DNA of 64,000 bases. Source: Lingula anatina. Taxonomy: Eukaryota; Animalia; Brachiopoda. A program made the translations under genes and the position numbers. Below the pieces are notes generated by a model. That model saw only the letters and a program-made list of their open reading frames with translations, was not told the origin of the DNA and did not search any database. Below are positions 48,118-61,040 of this stretch, piece by piece. Every line of letters starts with the position of its first letter. Positions within the stretch are counted from its first letter, which is position 1. The stretch spans positions 13,764,001-13,828,000 of the forward strand of contig CM120641.1 of the NCBI GenBank assembly GCA_051362555.1, read 5' to 3'.

Positions 48118-49052
48118 CTGTGCAATTAGTACTTGGTGACCTACACTGGATGCTAACATCTTTTCCAAATGTTATCATTGGCTCACTGTTAGTTTAGATA
48201 AATGGTGAACAAGGCAGAAATATTGCAGAGATTGTTGCCAGCAATAGTGAGAAGTAAGAAAATTGCACAGGTTTATAGCTAATGCTAGAACATTTGAAAG
48301 ATAAAAACATGATCATGTATTTTTTATAGTCATCATTCAAGCCAACACAGGCAATGGCTAATTTGCTTTTAATAAAGACTGAATGCAGTGTATTTATTGA
48401 CATGACAGATCAACTAACCAGCTGTTGGTAGGAAAAGGACAAAGCAGAAAAGCATAAATGCATTTGCATGTATTGGAATGAAACACTTTATTGATAAGCT
48501 GTTATCTTGCAAACTGTTGGCTGACAACGGTCAATTTTGTCTGACGGGACTCATGGGCGTATCGTTTTTAATTATCTGAATGACATAAAAACTGCTGTCC
48601 ATTTGGAATCCCACTGTGGTTAAGCAGTGGGTGGCAGAAAAAGACAGTCATAATACATATATTTTATGTATAAAAATAGGGTCTAAGGATAATGAACTGT
48701 TGAGTGCACTTCAATTGTAAGAGTATTTTCTATCTACCTTTATCTGAGCAGAAAACTTAAGTTCTGAAGAAGGAATATGTTATTCAATTTTGACATTGAT
48801 CCATCATTTTGTCTTTGGTGATCCCCATTATAAAAGAATGGAAATTAAATCGGTTCATTTATTAATAAAACTATTTCACAGTGGTAGTGACTGTTGTGAT
48901 AGTAGTATCCATTATTAGAATTACAGTGATGTATTCATAAAAATGTACACTGTTAGAAACAAATAGTTAAAAATGTGGCATGTTTTTTAGTCATTAAATG
49001 GCTATTAGTCATATTTTGTTACAAAAAAATTGAGTGAATCGAAATTTGTTGT

Positions 49053-49289
49053 CAGTCTTATAAACGGATTAAGCGATCTTTTAGCACCAACACCCAAATT
49101 AACCACCAAACCCACAGATTAACCAGCACTACCAGAGCGGATGAATGTAAGTGCTAGGTATCGCTTTGTTGGTGCTAAATAATTGTACAGTGTGTTGGTT
49201 ATTATGTGGGTTTGGTGGTTAATGTGGGCGTTAGTGCTAAAAGATCTGCAGGCAGTGTTAGTAAACGCCTAATCCTTTTATAAGGCCTG
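49053..49289. mobile_element. Palindromic MITE
   Basis: CTTATAAACGGATTAAGCG/GATCTTTTAGCAC..ATTAACCACCAAACCCACA is mirrored by TGTGGGTTTGGTGGTTAAT..GTGCTAAAAGATC..CGCCTAATCCTTTTATAAG. The right arm has a small insertion. Confidence 0.75.
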
Positions 49290-51119
49290 GCTCTGCGATC
49301 ACATTTTGTGGTGAAGCGTGTTGTACTTGCAGCTATAGACGTCTAATAATTTCATTTCAGGTAGAGAAATAAATTAGTTTTTGATGCCCCAGGAGCAAGG
49401 GCACACTCGCATTAAATCTGATCAGATTTGAGTTCTATACTTCATCTTGCACGAAAATGAATTAATAAAGCATGACAACCAAGGAACGAGGAAAAAACCA
49501 AAGGGAAACTTGTGGGTGCTCGAGAACCCTGGAAATCCTCTTTTGAGCATATTAATGTTAATGATTGTGCGGAGTGGCGAACCATCTGTTAATGCTGATA
49601 AACTCGTCAGCGCGAAGTCGAATCCACAGGGAAGGAATGGGAATAAAGTAATTACAGGATTGAGGATCTTAAATATTAGATGTTAAAGCCTGCATATCCA
49701 TAACAACATACCGTCCATGTGTATAAAATATATTTTGACCAGTGCTATTAGGCTGTCGCTCAGGTTTGATTGTGAAACATTTAATAATTTTCGATAGCAC
49801 GATATTTCAGAGAAAGAGAACTCCACAAATTACGTGTATTGATATACATCGCATTTACTTCTAATTTCTCGAAATAGTAGTCTAGTCTCAGACAATGGAT
49901 TTCATTCTGTATTGACCACAAACACGGAATCTTGGACAGAAAAATATCAAGTTGTATTTTGATAGTGGAAATACCATATTTATCTCTAAGGACGTTTTAC
50001 TCTTCGCATTCGGTTCCTTGCGGTTTGCCGTTATTTAGCTTTTAGTCAATCAGTGTAGCGGATCAATTATGTATGGTTTTGAGATAAGCGACCTTTTTAA
50101 TCAGACTACTTTCGATTGACTTACGTCATTAGATTCATAATTAACCTCTTTGCACCAGTTCTACATGCCAGTTCCTGATGAAACCCCTTTTAATTAGGAT
50201 ATTCTTATTTTACAGCCGATTTTTTTTTTTTTTTTTTTTTTTTTTTGAACGGAGAGGTAAGTATAAAAAATTGTATGAAAATTAAACATCAAAAAGGGAA
50301 ACAATGGCAGAAAAAATTACTTCGTAAACTTAAAACAAGAAAAAATAAATAAATAACGTTCTATTTTAGATAGTATGATTCACAATGGTCGTTATCCCGC
50401 GCAGTAAAAAGTACTGATAATAAGCTGTATAAATAGGAATGGCATAAATGTCCTTATATTCCCATAACAGGACTAATGGGTAACGATGTTCGGTATTATT
50501 TCACTGCCTACGGTATTGCCACACAGTGTGTTAATGCATGGATAATGTCGTTAAAGGGGGATGTTGAGAGCGCTTCTGCACTCAGATAAACCATTACCGC
50601 CCAAGATATTCAAGTACTTATCTTTCCACTCCATTTTCCAAATACAAAAAAATCTTCTGATGACTACAATTAAAATAATTTGTGGAGGTTGTTGCATTTC
50701 AATAAGAAATCATCTCTCTTGGAAATTTCTCAATTGCTACAAATCTGCACTTCCTCAATGCTCTATCAGAGATATAAGCGAGTGCTCAAATAAATTTGCC
50801 ACACGTTATTTAATGACCTCCTTGTTAATGAGATTTGTTTTCATTAGGCATTCCCGGGAATCGTCAATTTAATAGGATTTATTGGAATTCTCACACCGTA
50901 GATTATTGCATAATATCTAGGCATTTCCTAGGACAGGGTGGACCCATGTCCCAGACAAGAGAAAATTAGCCAGGGGTCACGAACCTTCGTCACGATACAC
51001 CCTCGAGACCATTTAGAGATTGAATTAATTTCAGAGAGCCAAATTTCTAAGAAGGTCCCAGGCATGGGAAATCAGATCAGCAATCTAGGACCTTTTTAAA
51101 TTGTACAGGCTGGAGATTA

Positions 51120-51244
51120 TTTGCCAATGAATCGATAACACGTTTTCTGACGCTATAAAGGGACGGTATTTAAAGAGTAGGCTGTAATATAGCCATTGCA
51201 GTCGAGGAGTCATCAGCCTGCAAGGCGAAGGCGAATGTTGCAAG
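51120..51244 (+). promoter_or_regulatory. Candidate CCAAT/TATA promoter and non-coding first exon of the GPRIN-like gene
   Basis: CCAAT ~51124, TATAAAG ~51154, donor CAAG|gtaggc at 51244/5. Matching acceptor ttctttttcag ends at 55191. Confidence 0.4.
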
Positions 51245-54200
51245 GTAGGCTACTATATTTATACTTTAAGTAAATATATCATTGCAAAAAAAATCCATGA
51301 TAGTGGGAAGGTGATTTATTTGACAAAAAGCTAAAATGGTGGTTTCAGTGGTTTGTTTTTAAGTTTTCTGAGGTTGCCTTTTTACCAGAGAAAATCGACA
51401 TCATGAGCTATGAGTTTGTTTAGTTGACGGATTACTTCTTGTTGACCATTGCTTTTTCTGTTAACTCTGCACTGTGGGCTTGGCAAAACTAACTTTTTAT
51501 ATATTCTGAGTGTAATAAATTTGACAGCAAAAGATATTAGTTGAGTTGCAGAGATGATAACAATACCAGGAAACGGTGTCCGGCATTTGCTGATCAGTGC
51601 TTCAAGTACTCCATGAAAAGGATTTTGCGTTTTCTTTTCTATTCTCTAATTCTACAATGCAAAAATACAAGCTCCGTAGTCACAGTATTGTATCCAAACG
51701 TGTTCACTGGGTGATCATGTGAATGATCAGCTCATTACCTTTTTTCGACAGTATTGGCCTCCGCGGCCGATGTTATTCAATGTGCTTTTTCGCAAATCCG
51801 GTTTAATTTAGTAAATGTGACATAGTGAAGCAGTGTATATGGTTATCAATCACATAACATTAAACCTTTGAGACAGATTATTTGCCTCATATGACCTTAA
51901 ATAAACTGACATTCATGACAACAAGCAGTTTTGAAACAAAACAACGTTTTAGGGGGAAAAAGCCAGAAGGTAGATATCATTGTGGTACAACGTGTTTCCG
52001 TCGTAAATGAAGACCACCATTATCATTATCAGTTGATTTATGAACAGAGATATGATGTACTATACCTCATCGTTGATAACAAAGTGCACTTGAAGTATGA
52101 AGAAAAGGGAAAGGAATGGCACATTGTATTATGACGTTAATAAAGAGAAGACCGGCAACCAACTATATCCAAGCTTGGCCTCAAGGGCTGGTTTTGGTTG
52201 ATATCGAAGGGTAAAATCTATCACCATCGGTTAGTGTTTTCATTTACACGTCTGAAGGAGTGATGATATGCACTTGCAAATGAAAAAAATTATAATAGGG
52301 ACATATACATGTAGCTTATTCAGAAATCTCTTAAAATTAGGGCCTATTATAAGCAGTTTGTTAGAGTAATGTATTTTATCAAAGGTATAACCAAGGCATC
52401 CTTTCGTGCATACTTTTTTTTAGCTTTTGTATGGTTGGAGAGACTTATGACGTATAGATTGCTTGTATAAGCGGTTCTCTTACGGAAATTAAATGTCATT
52501 CAAAAATGTAGTTTCAGAAATGGTAAAAAATCGCAGTGCGTAATACGACATAAGGCAGATAGTATGAAGCGAAAGAAAAATCTTTGTTTAATGCATTTAG
52601 CACCGATTATAAAGTCGAAAGCAGTCAATTAATATTGGTCTCATTTCAAGATAATCCATTGGAGGTGAGTAGATTTTCTAGTAGCGAAGCGGCTTCGGCC
52701 TTTGTTACTTTTTTTGCACTTGAATGTCTTGCTGCTTCGTCTATATGCCAAAAGGCATGTCATTTAATCTTATTTAATGCCAGCGTTCGGAGAATTTGGC
52801 CAACCTCGTCAATCAAAAAACGACTTCCACAGGAGGACACTACTTTTAGCATTGTTACCAACGCCGTAAATGGTTTTCCATTAATCACATTTGACAAATA
52901 AAAAATACAATAGACACAAGGAACAAAAATAAGTCCCATTGTTTGTTTGGTCAATATCAACAATTGATACAGGTCTGAGATGTATGTATATTTGTGAGTA
53001 GACCTAACAATATCTTTAATAATCCGTAAAAGCAGTTCCAGGTGGATAATTTAAATTCAAACATTCATGGGAACATATCGCGTTTCCAATTAGGTACCTT
53101 TTATGTTATGCTAATGGGAGCAATAAATATGACTTACAATGTTCTCTAGATTTGAATGTGTAAGAGTATGGGTCGATTTGCGTGAAAACCAGCAGTTTTG
53201 TAGATTCTTAACGAAGAGATGTGTAAGTGGGAGTCAAGGTCGCATTATCCCACATCTGTCAGTTGTACAGGTTCACTAAAGGTTCTTGATGTGCAAAAGA
53301 ACAACGATATGGTATTATTTCCTCGCGTCAATCGGAAATTGATGTCAGTTAACAGTGCAATGCCCCGAACGACATGGCATGAAATAGGTTTCAATGACGC
53401 AAAAAACCAATGTGTATAAGCGTGATGCGTCTGCAGTCTGTGCAGCCAAAGCACGTAAAGAAGGGCATGGAATCTGACAGGAGGTTGGCCTAGGTAAACA
53501 TGAATTGTTTTATTTTGATTTAGCGGAGTTTAAAAAGCTGAGTTAGGACAACTTGCAGTGCAGTTTAGGTATAGCACAACGTCAACGCAGCATCATCATA
53601 ATATGTGTTGAAGACGACACAGAATACGAGACAAGGAAGAACCACTGTAGTTAATCATGCTCTGCGAGCAATATTAGTGCTGTCAAAACTCCTTCACACC
53701 TGAAGTGTGGATGCCTCTCACCAGCTTTTCTCCTCAGAACCAGGTAGGGAAATATTGTGGGGATGAGATCATTGAATTTGGTATGGAAAACGCAGGTATA
53801 CAAAGGCTAGCTGCCTTTTAAAAATGTGGCCAGCATGGCCCGTTAAAAACGATTTGTGTTGTCGGCCCTAATAATAATATGCGTAAATCTACCCTTTCTA
53901 TTGTAGATCGTACACATGTTCCTTGTAACAATATACATTTTCTATTGTACATCGTACACATATTGCTAGTAAGAGAACATGATCGAGCATATTGCAACGA
54001 GTAGTTGATGAGCATATACCATGTTCGATTATATTGTGCATCATTCGGTAATATTCTATTAGTACTACTCACTCCTAATTATGTGAACTTTGCATGAAAA
54101 CTTGGGTGGAAACCGATGGTGAAAAACGTATGTTTACCACATGTTCGTAGACTGCTCCTACGTAATTAAGAATAGAATCCAATAAGTAACTCATAAATAA

Positions 54201-55324
54201 AATGCGTAACTTACACCTACATATAATTTCGTTATAATAGATCGCAACTATTATAAAAGGCAATTCTGTCCAGACAATGGCAAAACAAAAGGCATATGAA
54301 TGATGTACATGTGACAGGTAACAGGTGATGTGTGATGTTACATCAATTTCAAGCACCCGCTGTATTCTATCTTAAGGCAGTTTAGCATTTTGAGGATATG
54401 AGGTAGATCTATATGAAGAAAGTGCCGCGGTGGGATGTCCATTATTTTTCGTAGAGACAGTGCCCGTTGATTGGGTTTTTATCAAGTTTGGCCAACGCTC
54501 ATTTGATTTGCGCTGCTCCACACAGCATGTTTTAACCAAGACAGAGAGAACAAAGCAACAGTATTTAAACAAAACGCTGAGGTGCTGACTTGAAAATTAT
54601 TGGAAACAGGATTTTTATTTGTAGCTGTTCGTTGTCGTTTTCATTAACGCATGAAACGACGCATGATCAAAGTGGCTCCTGTACAAGCAGCGAAGGCTCA
54701 GCTACCAGGTGACAGTAAACACTTCAGCATCAATATGGTGTTTTGTTAACGACACCAAGTTTTACAGTTCGCATGGTTTAGCGCAATACAGATCTAGAAA
54801 CCTGAATTTTGATCAATAACATATGCTGTTACTTTAAAAACTATATTCACATGAATAATGCAGATTTTATCTGCTATTTTTCTGTCTTTCGGGAACTTTG
54901 CTGTTACTTACGAAGACTGTAATAGATAGGACTAGCGATTTGACAGACTCAATGGAATTGCAAGAAAGGGGGTTATTTTAGAAACGCTTGTTATGACAAC
55001 TTCCCCCCATTAGTGTATCCTTCATACGAAAAAAGCGTTAATCACTTCATTGCACCTGGCAACCATTTGGCTTTGAATTACTCGTGAAATAAGAATCATC
55101 ACCTGTTTTCTTTTAACCTTTGCTTATTTTGGAAAGCTATATTAGATCTAGCAAGCAGCAGTAAATATTGATGTTCTTATTTCTTTTTCAGGTAAAAACC
55201 ATACGTTTGATAAGGAGTGAGGGCAAGTCATTCATAAACATTTAGAAGAGCAACAAGTACACAGGCTGAAAGATACTTGCTAAGTAGACAAACTGTTTTA
55301 ACGAAGATACTTGCTGCAGCAACC

Positions 55325-56605
55325 ATGTACTCAGATTCAGCACGTCGAAAACGCCTTCTGTACCATTATGCAAGGCGCCATACCTCTCCAGCAGTTGGTT
55401 TGGAAGAAGAGGAGGAAAACATCTTGAGAGAAAAATGTCTAAATGTGCATAAACAGCCTCTGATACAGGATTCTGGCCTGTCCTCTTCTATCGATACCGA
55501 CACAGACACTAACTCTGAACTGGCAGAGATTGATGAGGACTCGGATGTCGGTTGTTTGCTTCAAAACAGGGAGGCCGAACGTGCCTCAAGACGCCGGCGA
55601 TTTTCTGAAGAACGCAGTCGAACCGTGCCTGCTGAGATCATAACTCTACGAGAAGCCATTGCAAAAAAGCTTGAAAAAGAAAGAGACAGGACGCAAAGTG
55701 CACCCTCTTTTCTTCTGAGCAAAGTTAAAGAGAGAATCGAAAGACATATTTTACATTCGAGTGATGGACCCACGTCTGCCGCCATTTTTGAGGACAGACG
55801 GCAGCGCATGTTAAGCGCGTGTCTTGATGAACGTTCCGCACAGAAAACGGATGAAGATCAGGAAGGATATGATTTAGTTAGTCGGGAATTTAGCTCTACC
55901 AAAGGAGGGAAGGGAATTTCAATACGAGGTCACAATTGCAGGCAACATTACTCTTTTTCTGCAGTCCCAAACCTCAAACAAAAAGACATTGAATCAGGAG
56001 TGGTGTGTTCGAACGAAGACCTAAGAGCCATCTTACAAGTGTACAGAAAACCCTCCCTTCAGTACAAACGAACCCAATCTTTGGACGAAAGGCGTGAAAG
56101 TCTGTTCAAGCAGCTTTCGACCCATTCTGCTCCATGTAAAATCGAAGGCGATTCTCAGGGATGTTCAGCCGGATGTTCCAACGCCACAAGTACTGAAGAC
56201 ATCATGGGACATACAGATCAAATAGAACTTCTACTGGAAAATAAATTGGCAAATTGTTGCTCCCTTGGGAAAATTGAACATCGCAGAATGCAGACTGATG
56301 GTGGTGAATTCCAAGAATCTGGCCTCCACACCGGTGATACGGAAAAGCAAAATGAACAGAAATTGGCTAAGGTTCGGGATGTTACTTACGATGATGATGG
56401 ATTAACATGGGACATATACGGAGCTGACTTTGATGTACAAATTTTAGGAGATGCCATTCAGAGACATCTGCATGTTATGTCTGATAAAGAATTACAATTT
56501 GAACATGACAAAAGTGAAGAGTCACAAAACAATGGAAAGAGAATTAGACTTCGTAACCTCTGGCAACTGCTGCTTTGTAGGAGACAAAGAACAAGAGTAA
56601 CATAA
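55325..56605 (+). CDS. G protein-regulated inducer of neurite outgrowth (GPRIN/GRIN_C domain)-like protein, 426 aa, single coding exon
   Basis: First in-frame ATG (aaccATG) after an in-frame TAA at 55235. C-terminal VRDVTYDDDGLTWDIYGADFDVQILGDAIQRHL matches the GRIN_C motif (VRDVxWDExGMTWEVYGA...LGxAIQKHL). Basic/Cys tail. Confidence 0.8.
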   Translation: MYSDSARRKRLLYHYARRHTSPAVGLEEEEENILREKCLNVHKQPLIQDSGLSSSIDTDTDTNSELAEIDEDSDVGCLLQNREAERASRRRRFSEERSRTVPAEIITLREAIAKKLEKERDRTQSAPSFLLSKVKERIERHILHSSDGPTSAAIFEDRRQRMLSACLDERSAQKTDEDQEGYDLVSREFSSTKGGKGISIRGHNCRQHYSFSAVPNLKQKDIESGVVCSNEDLRAILQVYRKPSLQYKRTQSLDERRESLFKQLSTHSAPCKIEGDSQGCSAGCSNATSTEDIMGHTDQIELLLENKLANCCSLGKIEHRRMQTDGGEFQESGLHTGDTEKQNEQKLAKVRDVTYDDDGLTWDIYGADFDVQILGDAIQRHLHVMSDKELQFEHDKSEESQNNGKRIRLRNLWQLLLCRRQRTRVT

Positions 56606-59600
56606 ATCTTGTGACTTATCTCTATGGTTACATGCCATTTGAGTATGCTCAGTTTGTCCACTTAACCAAATTAACATTTCTTGGTTGTTCTAGTTGGCAA
56701 TGGCAATAAGTTATTGTAGAGAATTTATATAGGGGATTTCAATTAAATTCCCTGTGACTGTTTCTGTTTTGGCAAAACATTCCTGGATTAAATGGGAAAG
56801 TATGTAGGGGTAAAATTTTGTATCTGTTATAGCATATGATGATTTAATCAAATATTGCACATCCTTTCTCAGAATATACTGTTTACTAGACAGCTGTTGC
56901 GAGGTCAAGTCTTATCGGCATAGATAAGGCAATGACAGAACGTCCTTTAGGCTAACTAGCACTCGGCGAAGCACGTTTTTTAGCTTTGATAATCACGTAG
57001 AGAAAGATAATTGTCCATCACATGTTATTCCCCGCCACAAATTTGTTGGCACTCATTTATTTGCACCCACGTAAAAGGAGATGTGTCTTTTCTCGGGAAG
57101 GTCTTTACTAACGTAGACCTTGGGGGCTTGTGAGTTAATACAGGATTTTTTTCTAAACTGGGGCCTATTATTTTCCAGCACGTTCAACCTTTCAAGTACA
57201 GTACGTAGAACTGGGTGTTGTTGTGGATAGCATTGCATTCCCTGGCATAACCTTTAGCCATAGAAAGGGACACTTTTTATTTAGACACGAGAGATGTATT
57301 AGACTGTCGAGGGTCATCTTGCGCCCTTTTAAAAATAAATGAATAAGTGCAGTGCAATGACCAGCGACAATCAACTACCCTTGTCACTTCATGTAACTTA
57401 TTGACGACGTTACTAAGTTGAGTTTTATCTTTTTGTGAGAGCCCCAGTTTTGGGAAAACGGAATATCTGCTGTAAATAACTTTTAACATTTCAATATTGG
57501 CATTTATGAAGTGTTGTTTTTACCCATATTATATCACTTGTCTTTATTTCACTTTTCAACCGATATTTTATGTCTTAATATACGGAAATAAATTGTTCTG
57601 ATATGACTAATATTGGTTTTTAGTCCTTGTGTAACATACGTATACGTGGGAGGCACCAGCACACGATACAATCGAGTCTTGACGTAGATTTATGCCTATA
57701 TCTCCTTAAAATCGATGCATAGATTACACGAGAAAAGATGATGAGATATACCTAATAATGTCAAAAGCATAAAGCTAAGGTGAATTTTACTGTTTCTAGG
57801 TAGTGCTTTACGTTGTTTTAAACACGCAAACGTTGGGCGTGAATTGTCTTTGAAATGAAATTTTAACCTTACGTGACGCACGGCTTTTATTTCCTGAGAA
57901 AGAACAATGACAGGATTTCTAGTGTTAGTGGTTCTTGGGGTGAAACCAAAATGAACCAAAAATGTAATTGAATTTACAGAAATGACTGCCTACTCTCAAA
58001 GAAGTACTTCTGCACGATTTGTGGCTTGTAAACATGTAAACATGAAGTCATCGTCTGCGGTGTCGTATTTCTAAAAACGAATTTTACGTAACCCCCTTTT
58101 AAGCGTAGGACTGGAGAAAACATTTATATGTTTTACATCTTCGTGGGAGTACCATGGGGCTAATGGTCACAACTTCATTGTCCTTCAACTAAAATACACT
58201 GTGCTTCCTGCCAATAACTTAGGGAAATAATCCATGGCAACTTATGTTGTCGCAAATGTTTCCATATAAATAGCCTGTATTCTTGTCTCAAAAAACAGAG
58301 ATATGAAATGAGATCATAACCTTAGCGAGAATTATTGCATTTAAGGAGAAGTGAAAATGAAAGCAGTGAATCCGGTGTGAATAATCATTTTCATTATGAG
58401 AAATGAGAATTCTGAAGCCGGAACATACATATTGCGTGCGTAGGGTAATTCTGCTTTCGCTGTGGAGCCGTGTGACTACTATCGATAAGTTCTCCACAGC
58501 GAGCTCTGAAATGCCAGTCATCATTGCTTAATTACGTTTTTGTTAAGAATGTAAGCGATAGACGGACTATTGAATCAGCCATCCACACCTGAACCACCAC
58601 AACTTGCAATTTGTGAAAAGTATTCCACACCTAGGATTCCTAATAATAGTTTGCTTTAATGAAAAATCTCAGCTGAGCAACGATGGTCTACCAATTTTCA
58701 TTATGTGTCTTCTGAAAGAAATAATCCTTCATCAGGAAAAGAGCAGTTCATCCAAATGCAATATTTGAAGACTGTGGGTAAATTCAAAGAATAAGCAATT
58801 GAACCATAGGTGTTTGTTGCGACATGCAAATTGGTGAGTCCAAAAAGTAAAATAATTTAATTCATTTCTTCTGGCCACCGACCAAAGTTGTATGTGATAA
58901 TTCTCATTGTTTATTTAACCGAAGTGCTATATTTCTTTCTTTTTTTATTTTTTGGTGGTGGTGGTGGTGGTGGGGGTGGGGGTGGTGGGGGGGGGGGTTA
59001 AAAGAGTTTCGAACTGCTGAACCAGTTGCGTTTCCACCTCTGATTTGACAGAACCGTTGGCAACCTGCTATATTTCTACATATACCACTAAAAGAGAACT
59101 TCGTAGTTTACAAGTATGGTTTCTTCAAACAACGTCTTGAGAATTGTTACTTTAGTGACTCCAATAAAATATTATTTATCTGTTTTAAGAAGCTATTATT
59201 GTAAACAGTTTCTACATATCGCAGCTGATGAAAAATTTTGTTGCGTAGTCTTCGTTAATTCAGAACCAGGGGCAATGTCAGTCCTGTGTATTATATAAAA
59301 AAAAGACCCGTGAAGGTGTAAAAAAAACTACATTAGTTTGGGTGTGTTGACCATCCGTCATTCTCACGAACTGTGTAGCTGTGCATACCAATAACCCCTT
59401 TTTAAAAAAAATCGCAACTGTATATTATAAACGTAAATAAATAGACCCTTTTTGGAATATCTGTCAAGGCAGATTAAATCACAAAAGAAGAGGAAGATAA
59501 GAATAAAACATTCGATGTTCCAGATGCTCAATTTATCTCTCTATCAAATAATTTTCAACTAGAAAGAAAGGGAGAAAAAAGAAGTGTTATCTGATAACGC

Positions 59601-60581
59601 ATTTGGAAACCAACAATAGCCGTACATATTTTTCTGACGCTGTGTACCATTAGATTCTGCTGCGTTGCGAATGTAAATTTATACCATCCAGAAGACATAT
59701 GAAACCACAACGTGTGAGCGTACCACATCTAGAATAATGGATATCGGATTCAGCTTTCAAGTATAATGTGTTTAGGCATTTATTGATTAATCTCAACAGA
59801 CGCATGTGTCGCTTAAATGACAGACATCATCGTACTTAAAAAGACAAATCTTTCTATCTAATTTGGCCAAAAGGAAGTAAACGGAACAGTTTCAGTCAGG
59901 TGTATAAAATATGCGGTCAGGCGCCTGTCATATTACAGCCGTACTGAATTTTGTATTTGCCCTAAATGCGATTTTGCGACGATAAAATCCCTTTCACAAC
60001 AAACGGATTCAACACACATTCATAAGTAGTGAAGCAAATGACATCGTTTTAAGCAACTTATCAAACAGCAATCGGCTAGGGAGGATGTTTATCTATTTCA
60101 CAATATTTTGATCTGTACCAGACCTCTAAGGTTCCTCTGAAACATGCTTTTGGTGAATCTGTAATCAATACGAAAATGTTAGTTTTAGTTAGGTGTATAA
60201 ACTTCTCGGTTAAAAAAAAACTGAAGGAAGTTCCAGCCAACATAAACTAAACATCATAGCGTCGTTCTTTCGAATTGTACTCTGCCATATGCCAACGTGG
60301 GAAATATAAAACAACAGTGAACCTGCACTATTCCTTTACACAGTTGTATCTTTGCAGATACGAAATCTTTCATAACTAGATCTGCAAAGAAACAACAAAC
60401 ACGTTTGCATTGTACATTTCCTGGAAAATTACATGGATTTTCCAATATCGCCGATGTAAATTAGCTCGTATGTTCTCTTATGAATACAGATTATACAACT
60501 CTGACAATTCTAAATGAGAGGTTACAATCAATTTCAAAATTCCACACACATTTCTTAATATGTTTGGTACAAGTATTGATA

Positions 60582-61040
60582 TCAATAGCGGGTGTGACCT
60601 CCACGTGCACGATGAGGGTGCACAATACGACGGAGAATGTTGTTCATCAGTGTCACCAGCGCTTGCTGGGGGATTCTGTTCCACTATTGGACCAAAGCTT
60701 GCCTAAATTGGCAGAACGTAGCTTTCTCTTACATGCTGCTCTTCCAAATACGTCCCTGATTAAGATGTTCCGTGGGTTTCATATAGGCTTTCTAGCGGGT
60801 TGGGCCATGAGCAGAATGTTGTTTTGGTTGATAAAATCCCTCACGAAGCGACTCTGTGGAGTAACATTGCCATGCTGCAGGTAGAAGCTGTTTTGGAACA
60901 TTGCACGTGTAAATGGGATCAAACGACTCTGTAAGATATCCTCTCACGCCACGGCGTTGACGTTTTCATCCAGAAGAACCAAATGAGTGACATCAGTGAA
61001 ACAAGATGCGCCCCATGGATGAACAGAACCGCCTCCGATG
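60582..61040 (-). pseudogene. Decayed Tc1-family (DD34E) transposase, C-terminal half
   Basis: Minus strand, with stops and frameshifts: GGGSVHPWGA..ENVNAVA*EDILQSRLIPF..FYLQHGNVTP (from FQQDNAP)..MAQPAR..NP..RIPQQAL..ARGGHTRY*. The last motif is the typical Tc1 terminus. Confidence 0.85.

Noticed and set aside
55277-55324. ORF-track start at TTG giving 442 aa
   Set aside because: Eukaryotic gene. The first ATG at 55325 in good context is the more plausible start.
60480-60884. 134-aa + strand ORF
   Set aside because: Antisense shadow of the decayed Tc1 transposase.
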